Positions 12,740 through 24,570 of a DNA stretch of 64,000 nucleotides are shown here, in pieces (the first letter of the stretch is position 1; each line of letters opens with the position of its first letter). Origin of the DNA: Mobula hypostoma (taxonomy: Eukaryota); assembly GCF_963921235.1 (NCBI RefSeq), contig NC_086107.1, forward strand, positions 107,200,001 to 107,264,000. The letters are read 5' to 3'. The position numbers and the translations under genes were made by a program. Under the pieces are notes generated by a model. The model saw only the letters and a list, made by a program, of their open reading frames with translations. It was not told the origin of the DNA and did not search any database.

Positions 12740-13145
12740 AGGGGCCGATACAGTTTGTCACCAGCAGCGTCGCAGGAGTTGCCGGTCAGCATCGAACTCA
12801 ACGTAGGACTGCCTTCAGCTACGGATTTTTCCCTCACGGTTTACTCCCAAAGCCTTCCCTTGGGTGTTGTCGCAAGGCAGCGGGGGTTTGAGATCAGAGT
12901 TTTCCTTCTCCTAGATGAGTTGCCAACCACAGCTGAGGAGCCCCATCTGCCTGAAGTAGCAGGTTTTAAGGCAGCAGTAAACTGCCGTTGCCCCTTCTCC
13001 TGTCAGGTTCCACCAAGCTTAGTAGCTAATCCATATATGGAAGCCAGGAGCTGGACATGGCTGTCAGGGGCTATTTGAGGCGCACACTATTGGGAGCATT
13101 TAATAGGTAGTGGGAGCTTATCCCCACTTTCACCCCCGGCTATAG
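12740..13145 (-). mobile_element. RTE-clade 5'UTR-derived fragment
   Basis: Minus strand contains ggcaactcatctaggagaaggaaaactctg, an RTE-type 5'UTR motif. Its end matches the body of the 45385 SINE. Confidence 0.55.
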
Positions 13146-13224
13146 TATCTCAAGTAATTTACATACTGCTTTTAAACCATCTTGCTCTGTCATCGAATGA
13201 TGCTTTAGAACAATGATATCAGTT

Positions 13225-13630
13225 AAATTACTTCCTGTTACGCCGCTGGCGTTCCGGGCAGCAATGAAGGTCCTCCATCTCTGGTGGTGTTCAGGGCTTC
13301 CTTCATCGTGTCAGCAGCTTCCTCTTGGTTTTCACTACTGTCAGTCATGCAAGTCCTGGCAGGAGACTGGTGCACTCAGATGTAGAAGGATTCTTTACTG
13401 CTGTTTCTGTAAGAATTTTGTTTTACCAGTCAGGGTCTTTAGCCCTGAGCTGAACCCCCAAACCTGGAGGACCGGTGGACCACTCTTAGTCTGGCCTCTA
13501 CCCTTTGACCTGTTTGGCATGGGTGACCCTACCAAGACCCAAAGCCCTGACTCCAGCCAACATAGCTCTCTAGGTCATTGAGGCACACGAGCCTCCAAAC
13601 CCTACAACGAGGTTGTGGACCTCTTGGAGG
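13225..13630 (-). mobile_element. Non-autonomous bipartite RTE derivative (~400 bp)
   Basis: RTE 5'UTR-like part (gggctaa..accctgac..taaaa) joined to an RTE 3' end (gatggaggaccttcattgctgcc). Collinear copies at 16517-16918, 44111-44505 and 48135-48545. Confidence 0.7.
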
Positions 13631-13769
13631 ATTAGTTAAATTGTAAAGACTAAATCACATCCCCTCCCCATCTTGGCATGTCAGTCTTCTCAAAGTGCAC
13701 CAATTCACAACTGACTTTGTTGCTGTTCCTCTCCACACCTTGTGGTGCATCTGGCGACCAACTTGCCAT

Positions 13770-13912
13770 TTCTTTAGCATTTTACGAGGCCAAGATTCTC
13801 GCTCAATTCTCAACCCAGCACGGATGGAAAGCGTGCAAAGAGCCGGCCAGATTCGAACCCGGGACCACTCGCCTCGAAATCCGGTGCGGATGCCACTACA
13901 CCACCAGCCGGC
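13770..13912 (-). mobile_element. tRNA-derived SINE with RTE-like body
   Basis: Reverse complement of the family at 18917-19160 and 36572-36760 (ctggtggcgtagtg...ggttcgaatc...ctttccatccgtg...cctcgtaaaa). Confidence 0.75.
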
Positions 13913-14037
13913 TTGTTGACCTTGTGTTGCTGGGTTTTTCGTGTGAGCATGTGGGAGTTGGATCTACTGGACGGAGCTGATGAGGGCCGATGGACTGAAT
14001 GGCCTCGACCGAAGTCATAGACCTTCTGTGATGCCGC

Positions 14038-14812
14038 AAACATGAGGAAATCTGCAGATGCTGGAAATTCAAGTAACACACATCAAAGTTGCTGGTGAAT
14101 GCAGCAGGCCAGGCAGCATCTATTGGAAGAGGTACAGTCGAAGTTTTGGGCTGAGACCCTTCGTCAGGACTAACTGAAGGAAGAGATAGTAAGAGATTTG
14201 AAAGTGGGAGGGGGAGGGGGAGATCTGAAATGATAGGAGAAGACAGGAGGGGGAGGGATGGAGCCAAGAGCTGGACAGTCGATTGGCAAAAGGGATATGA
14301 GAGGATCATGGGACAGGAGGCCCAGGGAGAAAGAAAGGGGGGGGGAAGCCCAGAGGATGGGCAAGGAGTATAGTGAGAGTTACAGAGGGAGAAAAAGGAG
14401 AGAGAGAAAAAGAATGTGTGTATATAAATAAATAATGGATGGAGGTATTTATTTATATACACACATTCTTTCTCTCACTCTCCTTTTTCTCCCTCTGTCC
14501 CTCTCACTATAGCCCTTGCCCATCCTCTGAGTTTTTCCCCCCACCCCCTTTCTTTCTCCCTGGGCCTCCTGTCCCATGATCCTCTCGTATCCCCTTTTGC
14601 CTATCACCTGTCCAGCTCTTGGCTCCATCCCTCCCCCTCCTGTCTTCTCCTATCATTTTGGATCTCCCCCTCCCCCTCCCACTTTCAAATCCCTTACTCA
14701 CTCTTCCTTCAGTTAGTTCTGACGAAGGGTCTCGACCCGAAACGTCGACTGTACCTCTTCCTAGAGATGCTGCCTGGCCTGCTGCGTTCACCAGCTATTT
14801 TGATGTGTGTTG
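14038..14812. mobile_element. Penelope-like terminal repeats inserted as an inverted pair
   Basis: About 14073-14440 and 14445-14812 are reverse complements. Perfect 15-bp TSD cttctgtgatgccgc at 14023-14037 and 14813-14827. Confidence 0.92.
14714..14751 (+). ncRNA. Minimal type-I hammerhead ribozyme, apparently intact
   Basis: tagtt CTGACGA a gggt-ctcg-accc GAAAC GTC^gactg. Core CUGANGA and GAAA are present, helix II forms, helix III is the ACGT palindrome, helix I is tagtt/gactg. Predicted cleavage after 14746. Confidence 0.75.
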
Positions 14813-15857
14813 CTTCTGTGATGCCGCCCAGTTCTCTGTTTCGCTAGTGTCAGCACTACAGAACTACACTTACTACTTTTGCATGATGTGCAGACTTTAT
14901 AATGCTGCTTCCTACACCTAGGGCGAGACTGTTACTAAGAATTAATAAAGGTGTATATTTCCTCATCCCACGCTGTTTTATAGTGTGTAATACTGACAGT
15001 GTACATATCCGGTATAGTATTAGCAATCTGTAATATTTACAGTGTATGCTATTCCTGATGTTTGGAGTTTACATCTCAGATTACTCACTGAAGCTTTCAC
15101 AGCCTGATTATGTGTTACATCTGATGTGCAAAAGTTGTAGATTACCTTGGTGTGCTGTCTTTCACCAGTGTTACAGGGACTTACAGACCGGCTCTGCTGA
15201 ATACAGTCTTCCCCTGGGTCTTTGGTTCAGTCATTCCCATTCCTATATCTTTCCCCAGTAGGATCCCAGAAGATCATAAGATATAGGAGTGGACTTAGGC
15301 CATTCGGCCCATCGTGGCTGCTCTGTCATTCTGTCATGGCTCATTCTTTTTTATATACCCCATTCGCCCCATAACCCTTAACCCTTAACCAAGCAAAATC
15401 CTATCAGTCTCTGCCTTAAATACACTCAATGACTTGTCCACCACAGCCCTCCGTGGAAACGAATTCCATCAATTCACCACCCCTCCTCATCTCATTTTTC
15501 AAGGGACATCTCTTCATTCTGAGGCTGTGCCCTCGGTTCCTGGACTGGCGTCTTGTGGGACGTGGTTGAAAGCCAGAACACCCGCGGGAAACTCTTGTGG
15601 AAAAGGGAGAGCGTGCAGGCTCCACACTGACAGCAGCAGAGGTCAGGAGCGAGCCTAGAACACGGGTGCTGTGAGGCCCTACCAGCTGTGCCACAGCGCC
15701 ATCTGGTACAGGGAGTAGGTTTGCAATTGCTTGGGAGTGTTCAAGGCTGTCTGAAGTGTGGTGAATCTGTGGAATTCATTGTCACTTGACTGTGGAAGCC
15801 TAGTCATTGGGTATATTTAAAGCGGAGGTTAATAGGTTCTTGATTAGAGCATCAAGA

Positions 15858-16396
15858 CAATTCTGATTTGATGGAGACAGATGTGAAAGCACAGAGGAAC
15901 ATCTGGAGAAACTTCTGAAACGCAGGTTCGCTGCTGTTGTTACTGCGCAGTTGGAATCTTCCGGAGGGAAGGCCTCAAAATCCCCGGCTTTGCCTGCTGT
16001 TGGTGACCGAGATTGAGGTCGAATCGTTCGGATAGAGATGGTGCTCGGTACTTGGTGTCGGAGAGCTGATTGGAGGCTCGAAGTTTTCGGATGACTCAGA
16101 GTCGGACTGTGGTCGGCATGGCAGGGAGAGTTTTCCTTCCTTCTCCTGTCTGCGTGAGATGTGGGACATTTGAGAGACTTTGAACTTTTTACTGTGCCAT
16201 GGCCTGTTCTTCATCAAGTTATGGTATTGTTGCACTGTTGTAACTATATGTTATAATTATGTGGTTTTGTTAGTTTTTTCAGTCTTGGTCTGTCCTGTGT
16301 TCTATGATATCACACCGGAGGAAATATTGTATCATTTCTTAATGCATGCATTACTAATTGACAATAAAAGAGGACTGCGTGTCTTCATAATCTAAA
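15858..16396 (+). mobile_element. Non-autonomous LINE-mobilised element, 5'-truncated copy of the 47305 family
   Basis: Closely collinear with 47385-47922. Ends in the gaggactgcgtgtcttc stem-loop plus ataatctaa. Inserted in a CR1 3' end. Confidence 0.8.
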
Positions 16397-16516
16397 GAAG
16401 TTACCCGGAGAAGGCAGGAGATTGAGAGGGATGCTAAGTCAGCCATGATGGAATGGCGGAGCAGACTTGATGGGCCGAATGGCCTAATCATGCTCCTATG
16501 TCTATGGTCTTACACC

Positions 16517-16918
16517 TACTGCCTGTTACGCCGCTGGCGTTTAGGGCAGCAATGAAGGTCCTCAATCTCTGGCAGTGTTCAGGTTTTCCTTCATCGTGTG
16601 AGTAGCTCTGTTTTCACTACTGTCAGTCATGCACGTCCCGGGTGGAGACTCAGGAATACAATCGCACTCAGATGTAGAAGGACTCTTCATTGCTGTTTCC
16701 ATAACAGTTTTGTTTTCCCAGTTAGGGTTGTTAGCCCCGAGCTGAACCCTGACCCTGGACCACTCTTTAACCTGGTCTCTACTCTGTTTGGCTTGGGTGA
16801 CCCCACCAATAGCCAAAGCATAAAGCCCTGACTCCGGCCAACGTAGCTCTCCGGGTCATTCGGGTCATTGAGGCACACAAGCCTCCAAACCCTACGGCAA
16901 GGTTGTGGTCCTCTTGGT
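16517..16918 (-). mobile_element. Non-autonomous bipartite RTE derivative
   Basis: Collinear with 13225-13630. Confidence 0.7.
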
Positions 16919-17607
16919 GGCTTTGGTCTTAAGGAAACCATTGAATGATAAGTAATCTGGAATAGGAATATCACTTGACAGAACATAACTAGAGCCAAGC
17001 TGTTCAGGAATGAAACATTTGCGACTCAGAGATGACGTTCAGTCAGCTAGAGATTGGCCAAAGTTTCTCAGATTGAGGGTGCTGGAGATTTCTTGACAGA
17101 GGGGGTTGAAGGGAAGAGGATGGAGCAGATGATCAAAATCATCTGACTGGAGGACGCCTTCCAATCCTATGCCCTGTCAGAACCATGGGCTGTGTGCCCA
17201 GAGACCTGAGTCTTTTTGGGGCCGACTCTCTGGGCACAGAGCTCGGAAAAAGCGATGCCACAGACTTTTACCATCATAAATCAGCAGGTTGCTTGTTATG
17301 TCTCCCCTCTCGCTGTGAAACGGGGACACCTCTTTAGGAAGAGGGAGAGTCTGTGGTATGTCGAATTACCGGGTGAATGAGTAGTCTTTGGGATACTGCA
17401 ATTCTGTGTCTATTGATGCTTTTCTGTACACTTGAGTGCTCGGTGGGGGCGCCAATGCTTTTTTTGCTGGTGGGGGGGGGGATCATTGCTTTGCTGCTGC
17501 TTGTGCATGGGAGGGGGAAGCTGGGGGGACTTTGGGGTTCTAATGTTTAACTGTCATTCATTCTTTGGGGCACTCCTCTGTTTTTGTGGATGGTTTGCGA
17601 AGAAAAA

Positions 17608-18268
17608 GCTGCTACACAGGTTGACTCTGTGGTTAAGGAGGCATACAGTGCATTGGCCTTCATCAATCATGGGACTGAGTTTAAGAGCCCAGAGGTAATG
17701 TTGCAGCTATATAGGACCCTGGTCAGACCCCACTTGGAGTACTGTGCTCAGTTCTGGTCGCCTCACTACAGGAAGGATGTGGAAACCATAGAAAGGGTGC
17801 AGAGGAGATTCACAAGGATGTTGCCTGGATTGGGGAGCATGCCTTATGGGAATAGGTTGAATGAACTCGGCCTTTTCTCCATGGAGCGACGGAGGATGAG
17901 AGGCGACCTGATAGAGGTGTATAAGATAATGAGAGGCATTGATTGTGTGGATAGTCAGAGGCTTTTCCCCAGAGCTGAAGTGGCTAGCACGAAAGAGCAT
18001 AGTATTGAGGTGTTTGGAAGCAGGTACAGAGGAGATGTCAAGGGTAAGTTTTTTACGCAGAGAGTGGTGAGTGCGTGGAATGGGCTGCCGGCAGTGGTGT
18101 TGGAGGCAGAAACGATAGGGTCTTTTAAGAGACTCCTGGATGGCTACATGGAGCTTAGAAAAATAGAGGGCTATGGGTAAGCCTAAGTAGTTCTAAGGTA
18201 GGGACATGTTCGGCACAGCTTTGTGGGCCGAAGGGCCTGTATTGTGCTGCAGGTTTTCTATGTTTCTA
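17608..18268 (+). mobile_element. CR1/HER1 LINE 3' fragment with uninterrupted RT C-terminal frame
   Basis: LYRTLVRPHLEYCAQFWSPHYRKDVETIERVQRRFTRMLPGL...RRMRGDLIEVYKI...FFTQRVVSAWNGLP. Tail ttctatgtttct. Confidence 0.93.
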
Positions 18269-18916
18269 ATTTCAGGACGTATATTGTATACATTTCTCTG
18301 ACATTAAATGTACCTATTAAGACCTATTGAAACACTTAACAGTGGGTGGGGGCAAGTGAGGGTAAGTGGTCGGTGTTGGCCTGACCCCCTTATCTGAGTA
18401 GAAAAGGCAGACAGTGAAAGGTGAGAGGACAGTACAACTGCAAAATGGGCATGTGGGTATGGAGGTGCTCAACGCCAAATGGAGAAGCGACGGTGAAGAG
18501 ATGTGATAGTTTTGTGTCCATGTTACTATGATCAGAGTTGAATCTATCTGAGCCGTCTGAGAAAGATAATTGTCTCTGGAGATATTCCCAAATCGAAGTC
18601 TGCGTGCTCCACCAGGGGCAGTCTGCCACAGCGTCCAGGCTGGAGTTGGTGCTGTTCCCCCCCAGCATTCACATAGCAGAAGCATCGTGGCCGACTGCAG
18701 ATTTCTGCGGCATTTGTGGACTCAGGGCCTCAAGCCGCGGTGTTGCCTGTTTACAGCCGCCAGGAGGAAGGCGTCAGAGCTGGTGCACTCCACCAGAGGC
18801 GGTGCAGCGTGGCATCCAGGCTGGAGTCGGTGCTGCCCCCAAGTGTTCACCCGGCAGAAGACAAGCCGTATTGTGGTTGACTGCAGATTTCTGCGGCATT
18901 CGTGGACCTTGGTCTG

Positions 18917-19160
18917 CTGGTGGCGCAGTGACATCAGCGCCAGACTCCAGAACGGAGGTTCCAGGTTCGAATCCGGTCGGGCCGCTCCCGAGTACGCTTT
19001 CCATCCGTGCCGAGTTGTGTGTGGAGCTCGCAACTCGACCTCGTAAAATAAAGAAAAATACTGCGAAATGTCTGTGTGAGGAATGGCGCCCCACACGGTC
19101 TTCCGATCCACACCTTGCAAGGCATGAAAATGCCCGCCCGAGTCGACGTCATCATCATCA
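18917..19160 (+). mobile_element. tRNA-derived SINE with (CAT)n tail
   Basis: A box ggcgcagtg, B box ggttcgaatcc and a catcatcatcat tail. Confidence 0.75.
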
Positions 19161-20801
19161 TGGACTCTGGGTCTGGACTTTTATTTGTGTGGCTGTATCT
19201 TACTGATACCTTTAGTATATGCTATGTGTGACATGTTGGTACTTTGTTTTACATCTTTCCCCCAGAGGAATACTGTTTTATTTGGCTGTATTCACGGGTA
19301 TTCATGTATGGTTGAATGACAAGCAGACTTTGAATCAGTTATACATGACACCTTTTAATATCTCATCCAGTCTAATCTCATTCCCCTTTCAATCCCTACG
19401 CCACTTAATATTGCTCTCATTTCTGCCTTATTCACAATGCAATTTAATATCTCAGCCAAATCTCATTTTCCTTTCATATTCCACTCTTTACAATCCTATT
19501 CCCCTCCTTATTCCACTTATATTCCATATTTCTCCTAACCTAGGGGTTCCCAACCAGTTTATGCCTTACCATTAACCGAGGGCTCCATGAACCCCGGGCT
19601 GGGAACCCCTGTCCTAATCTGACCCTCCTCCCCCCTTATTCCCCATAGCTTTTGCTTCCCACCCGCTCCCTCTTCACTGTTTTCTATTTATGGCCCCCGC
19701 ACACCTATCCCGTGCCACCCTTTTATCAGTCAGCTCTCTTCTCAGACTTCCGAGCAGGTCAATGCAACTTTTGCCGATGATTGTGAAAGGGCAAAGAAGT
19801 GGCAGATGGGGGTGTGTGTATGGTCATGCACTTCGGTAGGAAGAATAAAGGTGTAGATGGGGGAGTAAAATCAGAAAGTGGATTTGGGAGTCCTAGCTTA
19901 CGGTGGTTTGGGAATCCTCGTGGTCTGGTTTAAGATGGGATTGGTGAAGAACAGTGACAACTTTCTGGTAGCAAACGAAACAAAGTATTATTGTATCAAT
20001 CACACTTTTTCTCAGATATGATCACTGCAATCTATAGCCTGTAACTTTCCTTTCGGAGTTGAGGCGTTGAACTGCCTGCACGACCTGGCACTCCTGTGGT
20101 GTGAAGTCTCGAAGGTGCAGGACGGTTGCGGTGTGTCGTGTACGGGCCAATATGAGGAGGCAGGGCCTGGGCCCGAGAACGGGGAACGAGCCAATGTTTG
20201 GATGTTTCTGGAGCGGTCTTGGAGTGGATTCGATGTGGCAGAACCGAGGTGAGGTGAGCGGGGACAACACAGCGTTCAGGCAGCAAGGCCTGGGCTCAGG
20301 TCGGAGAGCAAGGAAAGACCCAAGGTTTGATCAATTTAAGTGCTGGGCTGAATTAGAGAGGTCAGGTATGGGCTAAATTAAGGCAAAAGGGCCCGGGCCC
20401 GAGAGTGAGGGAAGACCTGAGGTTTGAACGATTTAAGCACTGGGCCAGATTTGAAAAGATCAGGTTGTCAGGGTCAGAGATGAGTAATGAGTCGGTTCAA
20501 CTCACTACTCCCCAAGGTTTACTCGTCTCTACACTGAACTGAGGCTGTGGCCTGCAAATAACGGGGTCCAGAATCGGAGGTGACTGGCTTCGTGGCTGTA
20601 GACTCACTTTCGTGAGCTTTAGTTCGGAATGTGATTTGCTTACTTTTATTTGTTTGCACAATTTGTTTTTTCTTCTGCACACTGGGTGCTTGATGGCCTT
20701 TTTTTAATGGGTTCTATTGGGTTTCTTCGTTTTGTGGCTGCCTGTAAGGAGACGAATCTCAAGGTTGTATACATATTTGATAATAAATATACTTTGAACT
20801 T

Positions 20802-21385
20802 TAGATTAGATTAGATTAGATTCAACTTTATTGTCATTGTGCCGAGTACAGATACAAAGCCAATGAAATGCATTTAGCATCTGACCAGAAATACAAAGAA
20901 TAATGTTATTTACAAAATAACTGCGAATAAAAAGTAAGTGCTACAGCACACAAATATAAAAGTACTGAGACAGTATAGTACGGATGCAATACTGCTTAGC
21001 GCTGTGATGTGAGGTTCAGCAGTGTCACAGCCTCAGGGAAGAAGCTCTTCCTGTGCCTGCCGGTGCGGGAGCGGAGGCTCCTGTAGCACCTACCGGATGG
21101 GAGGAGAGTAAAAAGTCCATGGTTAGGGTGAGATGCATCCCTGATAATGCTCTTCGCCCTGCCCAGGCGACGTTTATGGTCGATGTTCTAAATGGTGGGC
21201 AATTGGGTGCCGATAATCTGCAGGGTAGTTTTCACCACCCGCTGGAGTGCTTTGCGGTCCGATATGGGACTGTTGCCATACCACACTGAGATGCAGTTGG
21301 TGAGTATGCTCTCAATGGTACAGCGGTAAAAGTCCGTCAGTATCCTGGGACAGAGGTGAGCTTTCTTCATGCTCCGCAGGAAAAA
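20802..21385 (-). mobile_element. Rex1/Babar LINE 3' fragment, (TCTAA)n tail
   Basis: Minus ORF ILTDFYRCTIESILTNCISVWYG...DRKALQRVVK. The ttaga repeats at 20802-20822 are the tail. Confidence 0.85.
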
Positions 21386-21394
21386 AATTTAGTT

Positions 21395-22340
21395 CAGGAT
21401 TCCCTACATTTATCTCACAGGTTGAGTCGGTAGTAAGGGAAGAAAGTGCAATGCTGGCATTGGAATATTGGACCACATTTGGAGTATTGTGAGCAATCCT
21501 GGGCCCCTTATCTAAGAAAGGATGTGCTGCCATTGGAGAGGGTCCAGAGGAAGTTCACAAGAATGACCCCAAAAATGAAAAGCTTGGTGTATGAGGAGAA
21601 TTTGATGGCTCTGGGCCTGTACTTGATGGAGTTTAGAAGAATGAGGGGGAAATCTCTTTGAAACCTATTAAATATTGAAAGGCTTAGATGGCGAGGACAT
21701 TGGGAGGATGTCTCCAGTAGTGGGAAGTTTAAGACAAGAGGGCACAGCCTCAGCATATAAGGACGTCCCTTTAGTGTCTCCAGTAGTGGAAAGTTTAAGA
21801 CAAGAGGGCACAGCCTCAGCATATAAGGACGTCCCTTTAGTGTCTCCAGTAGTGGAAAGTTTAAGACAAGAGGGCACAGCCTCAGCATATAAGGACGTCC
21901 CTTTAGAGCAGAGATGAGGATGAATTTCTTTAGCCAGAGGGTGATGAATCTGTGGAATTCATTGCCACAGTTGGCTGTGGAGGCCAAGTCATTATATAGA
22001 CAATAGACAATAGGTGCAGGACTAGGCCATTCAGCCCTTCGAGCCAGCACCGCCATTCACTGTGATCATGGCTGATCATCCACAATCAGTACCCTGTTCC
22101 TGCCTTCTCCCCATATCCCTTCACTCCGCTATCTTTAAGAGCTCTATCTAACTCTTTCTTGAAAGAATCCAGAGATTCCAATATATCCATTGTGTATATT
22201 TAAAGTGGAGGTTGATAGGTTCTTGACTAGTAAGAGTGTCAAAGGTTATGGGGTTGTGAAGGATAATGAATCAGCCATGTGGAGCAGACCCAATGGGCTG
22301 AATAATCTAATTAGCTCCTATGTCTTATAGACTTATGATC
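21395..22340 (+). mobile_element. CR1 LINE 3' fragment (with a nested inverted CR1 3' end at ~21996-22175)
   Basis: PHLEYCEQSWAPYLRKDVLPLERVQRKFTRM and CR1 3' UTR. Confidence 0.85.
21709..21906. repeat. 3 x 66-bp tandem repeat inside CR1
   Basis: Units start at 21709, 21775 and 21841. Units 2 and 3 are identical and unit 1 differs at one base. Confidence 0.95.
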
Positions 22341-23469
22341 TTTTAATTGCGCAGTTCTGATTTGGTCTTTTGTAGGCTTATTCTGTTCTTGTTCATTGTC
22401 AACCATCCTACACTTAATAAGTGATCTGATTTAGTTTTGGGATGTGAAGATTAAAACATATTTTTAATTAATGTGAGTCAAGAAAATATAATTCCAATTT
22501 AGAAACACACAGCAGGGAGCAATTGTGGATCTCAGCTGAAAGGTAGGGTGCATAAAGTGGGTCAGAGAGTGCAAGTGTAACTGAGAGTCATCTGCTTCGG
22601 AACTGGTTGTGGGCTTCAGAAAGGGTAAGATGAGGGAACACACCAGTCCTCATAGAGGGATCAGAAGTAGAAAGAGTGAGCAATTTCAAGTTCCTGGGTG
22701 TTAATATCTCTGAGGGTCTAACCTGGATCCAACATCTCGATGCAGTTACAAAGAAGGCACGATAGTGGCTGTATTCCATTATAGTTTGAGGAGATGTGAT
22801 ACGTCACCAAAGACACTCGCAAATTTCTACAGATGTACCGTGGGGAGGTACCTGGCTCCATCACTGTTTGGTATTGGGGGGGGGGTGGTGATGGTGGGGG
22901 GGCTTCTGCACAGGGTTGAAGAAAGCTGCAGAGAGTTGTAAACTTAGTCACCTCCATCATGGGCACTAGCCTCCATACTTTCCAGGACATCTTCAAGGAG
23001 TGATGCCTCACAATGGCAGCATCCATCATTAAGGACCCCCATCAGCCACGTCATGCCTTGTTCTCATTGCTACCATCAGGGAGGAGGTACAGAAGCCTGA
23101 AGGCACACACTCAGTGATTCAGGAACAGCTTCTTCCCTTCTGCCATCCGATTTCTGAATGGACATTGAGCCCATGAACTCGACCTTAATACTTCTTTATT
23201 TCTATTTTTGCACTATTTATTCTATTTTAACTATTTAATACACATACAGTGGCGTGCAAAAGTTTGGGCACCCTGGTCAAAATTTCTGTTACTGTGAATA
23301 GCTAAGCGAGTAAAAGTTGAACTGATTTCCAAAAGGCATAAAGTTAAAGATGACACATTTCTTTAATATTTTAAGCAAGAAAACTTTTTTATTTCCGTCT
23401 TTTACAGTTTCAAAATAACAAAAAAGGAAGAGGGCCTGAAGCAAAAGTTTGGGCACCCTGCATGGCAGT

Positions 23470-23965
23470 ACTTAGTAACACCTCCTCTGGCAAGTATCAC
23501 AGCTTGTAAACACTTTTTGTAGCCAGCTAAGAGTCTTTTAGTTCTTGTTTGGGGGATTTTTGCCCATTCTTCCTCACAAAAGGCTTCTAGTTCTGTGAGA
23601 TTCTTGGGCCGTCTTCCATGCACTGCTCTTCTGAGGTCTATCCACAGATTTTTGATGGTGTTTAGGTCGGGGGACTGTGAGGGCCATGGCAAAACCTTCA
23701 GCTTGCACCTCTTGAGGTAGTCCATTGTGGATTTTGAGGTGTGTTTAGGATCATTATCCTGTTGTAGAAGCCATCCTCTTTTCATCTTCAGCTTTTTTAC
23801 AGATGGTGTGATGTTTGCTTCCAGAATTTGCTGGTATTTAATTGAATTCATTCTTCCCTCTACCAGTGAAATGTTCCCCGTGCCACTGGCTGCAACACAA
23901 GCCCAGAGCGTGATCGATCCACCCCCTTTTTTCTCCAAACATACCTTTGCTCATTGCGACCAAAA
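23470..23965 (-). pseudogene. Tc1 transposase catalytic C-terminal half (left arm)
   Basis: GGSITLWAC...WLLQQDNDPKHTSK...WPSQSPDLNTIKNLW...AVILARGGVTKY. No N-terminal DNA-binding domain. Confidence 0.9.
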
Positions 23966-23974
23966 TTCAGCGTC

Positions 23975-24570
23975 AGTAGTTTGCAAGGGAACATCTAAAC
24001 ATCTAAACAAGCCTGATGAATTTTGGAAACAAGTCATGTGGACTGATGAAGTTAAAATAGAACTTTTTGGCCGCAATGAGCAAAAAAGGGTGCAGAATTT
24101 CATGAAAAGAACACCTCTCCAACTGTTAAGCACGGGGGCTTTGGGCTTATGTTGCAGCCAGTGGCACGGGGAACATTTACTGGTAGAGGGAAGAATGAAT
24201 TCAATTAAATACCAGCAAATTCTGGAAGCAAACATTACACCATCTGTAAAAAAGCTGAAGATGAAAAGAGGATGGCTTCTACAACAGGATAATGATCCTA
24301 AACGCACCTCAAAATCCACAATGGACTACCTCAAGGGGCGCAAGCTGTAAGTTTTGTCATGTCCCTCACAGTCTCCCGATCTAAACATCATCAAGAATCT
24401 GTGGATAGACCTCAAAAGAGCAGTGCATGAAAGACGGCCCAGAACTAGAAGCCTTTTGCAGGGAAGAATGGGGGAAAATCCCCCAAACAAGAATTGAAAG
24501 ACTCTTAGCTGGCTACAAAAAATGTTTACAAGCTGTGATACTTGCCAGAGGGGGTGTTACTAAGGACTGA
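23975..24570 (+). pseudogene. Tc1 transposase catalytic C-terminal half (right arm)
   Basis: HLNKPDEFWKQVMWTDEVKIELFG...QQDNDPKRTSK, broken by frameshifts and a stop. Confidence 0.9.

Noticed and set aside
12990..13145. Possible HDV-like ribozyme in the RTE-like 5' UTR
   Set aside because: I could not assign P1, P1.1, P2 and J4/2 consistently by eye.
14985..15025. taatactg...tagtatta hairpin containing the miR-200b/429 seed
   Set aside because: The rest of the mature sequence does not match and the stem is too short for a pre-miRNA.
15030..15260. Minus-strand frame containing DVTHNQAVKA, similar to a PDZ alphaB helix, with ag/gtgagt sites around it
   Set aside because: The match covers only about 10 residues, the flanking residues do not resemble a PDZ fold, and the implied 32-nt exon is unsupported.
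18538..19206. 222-aa ORF
   Set aside because: It runs through a GC-rich duplicated repeat and a SINE, so it is a chance open frame.
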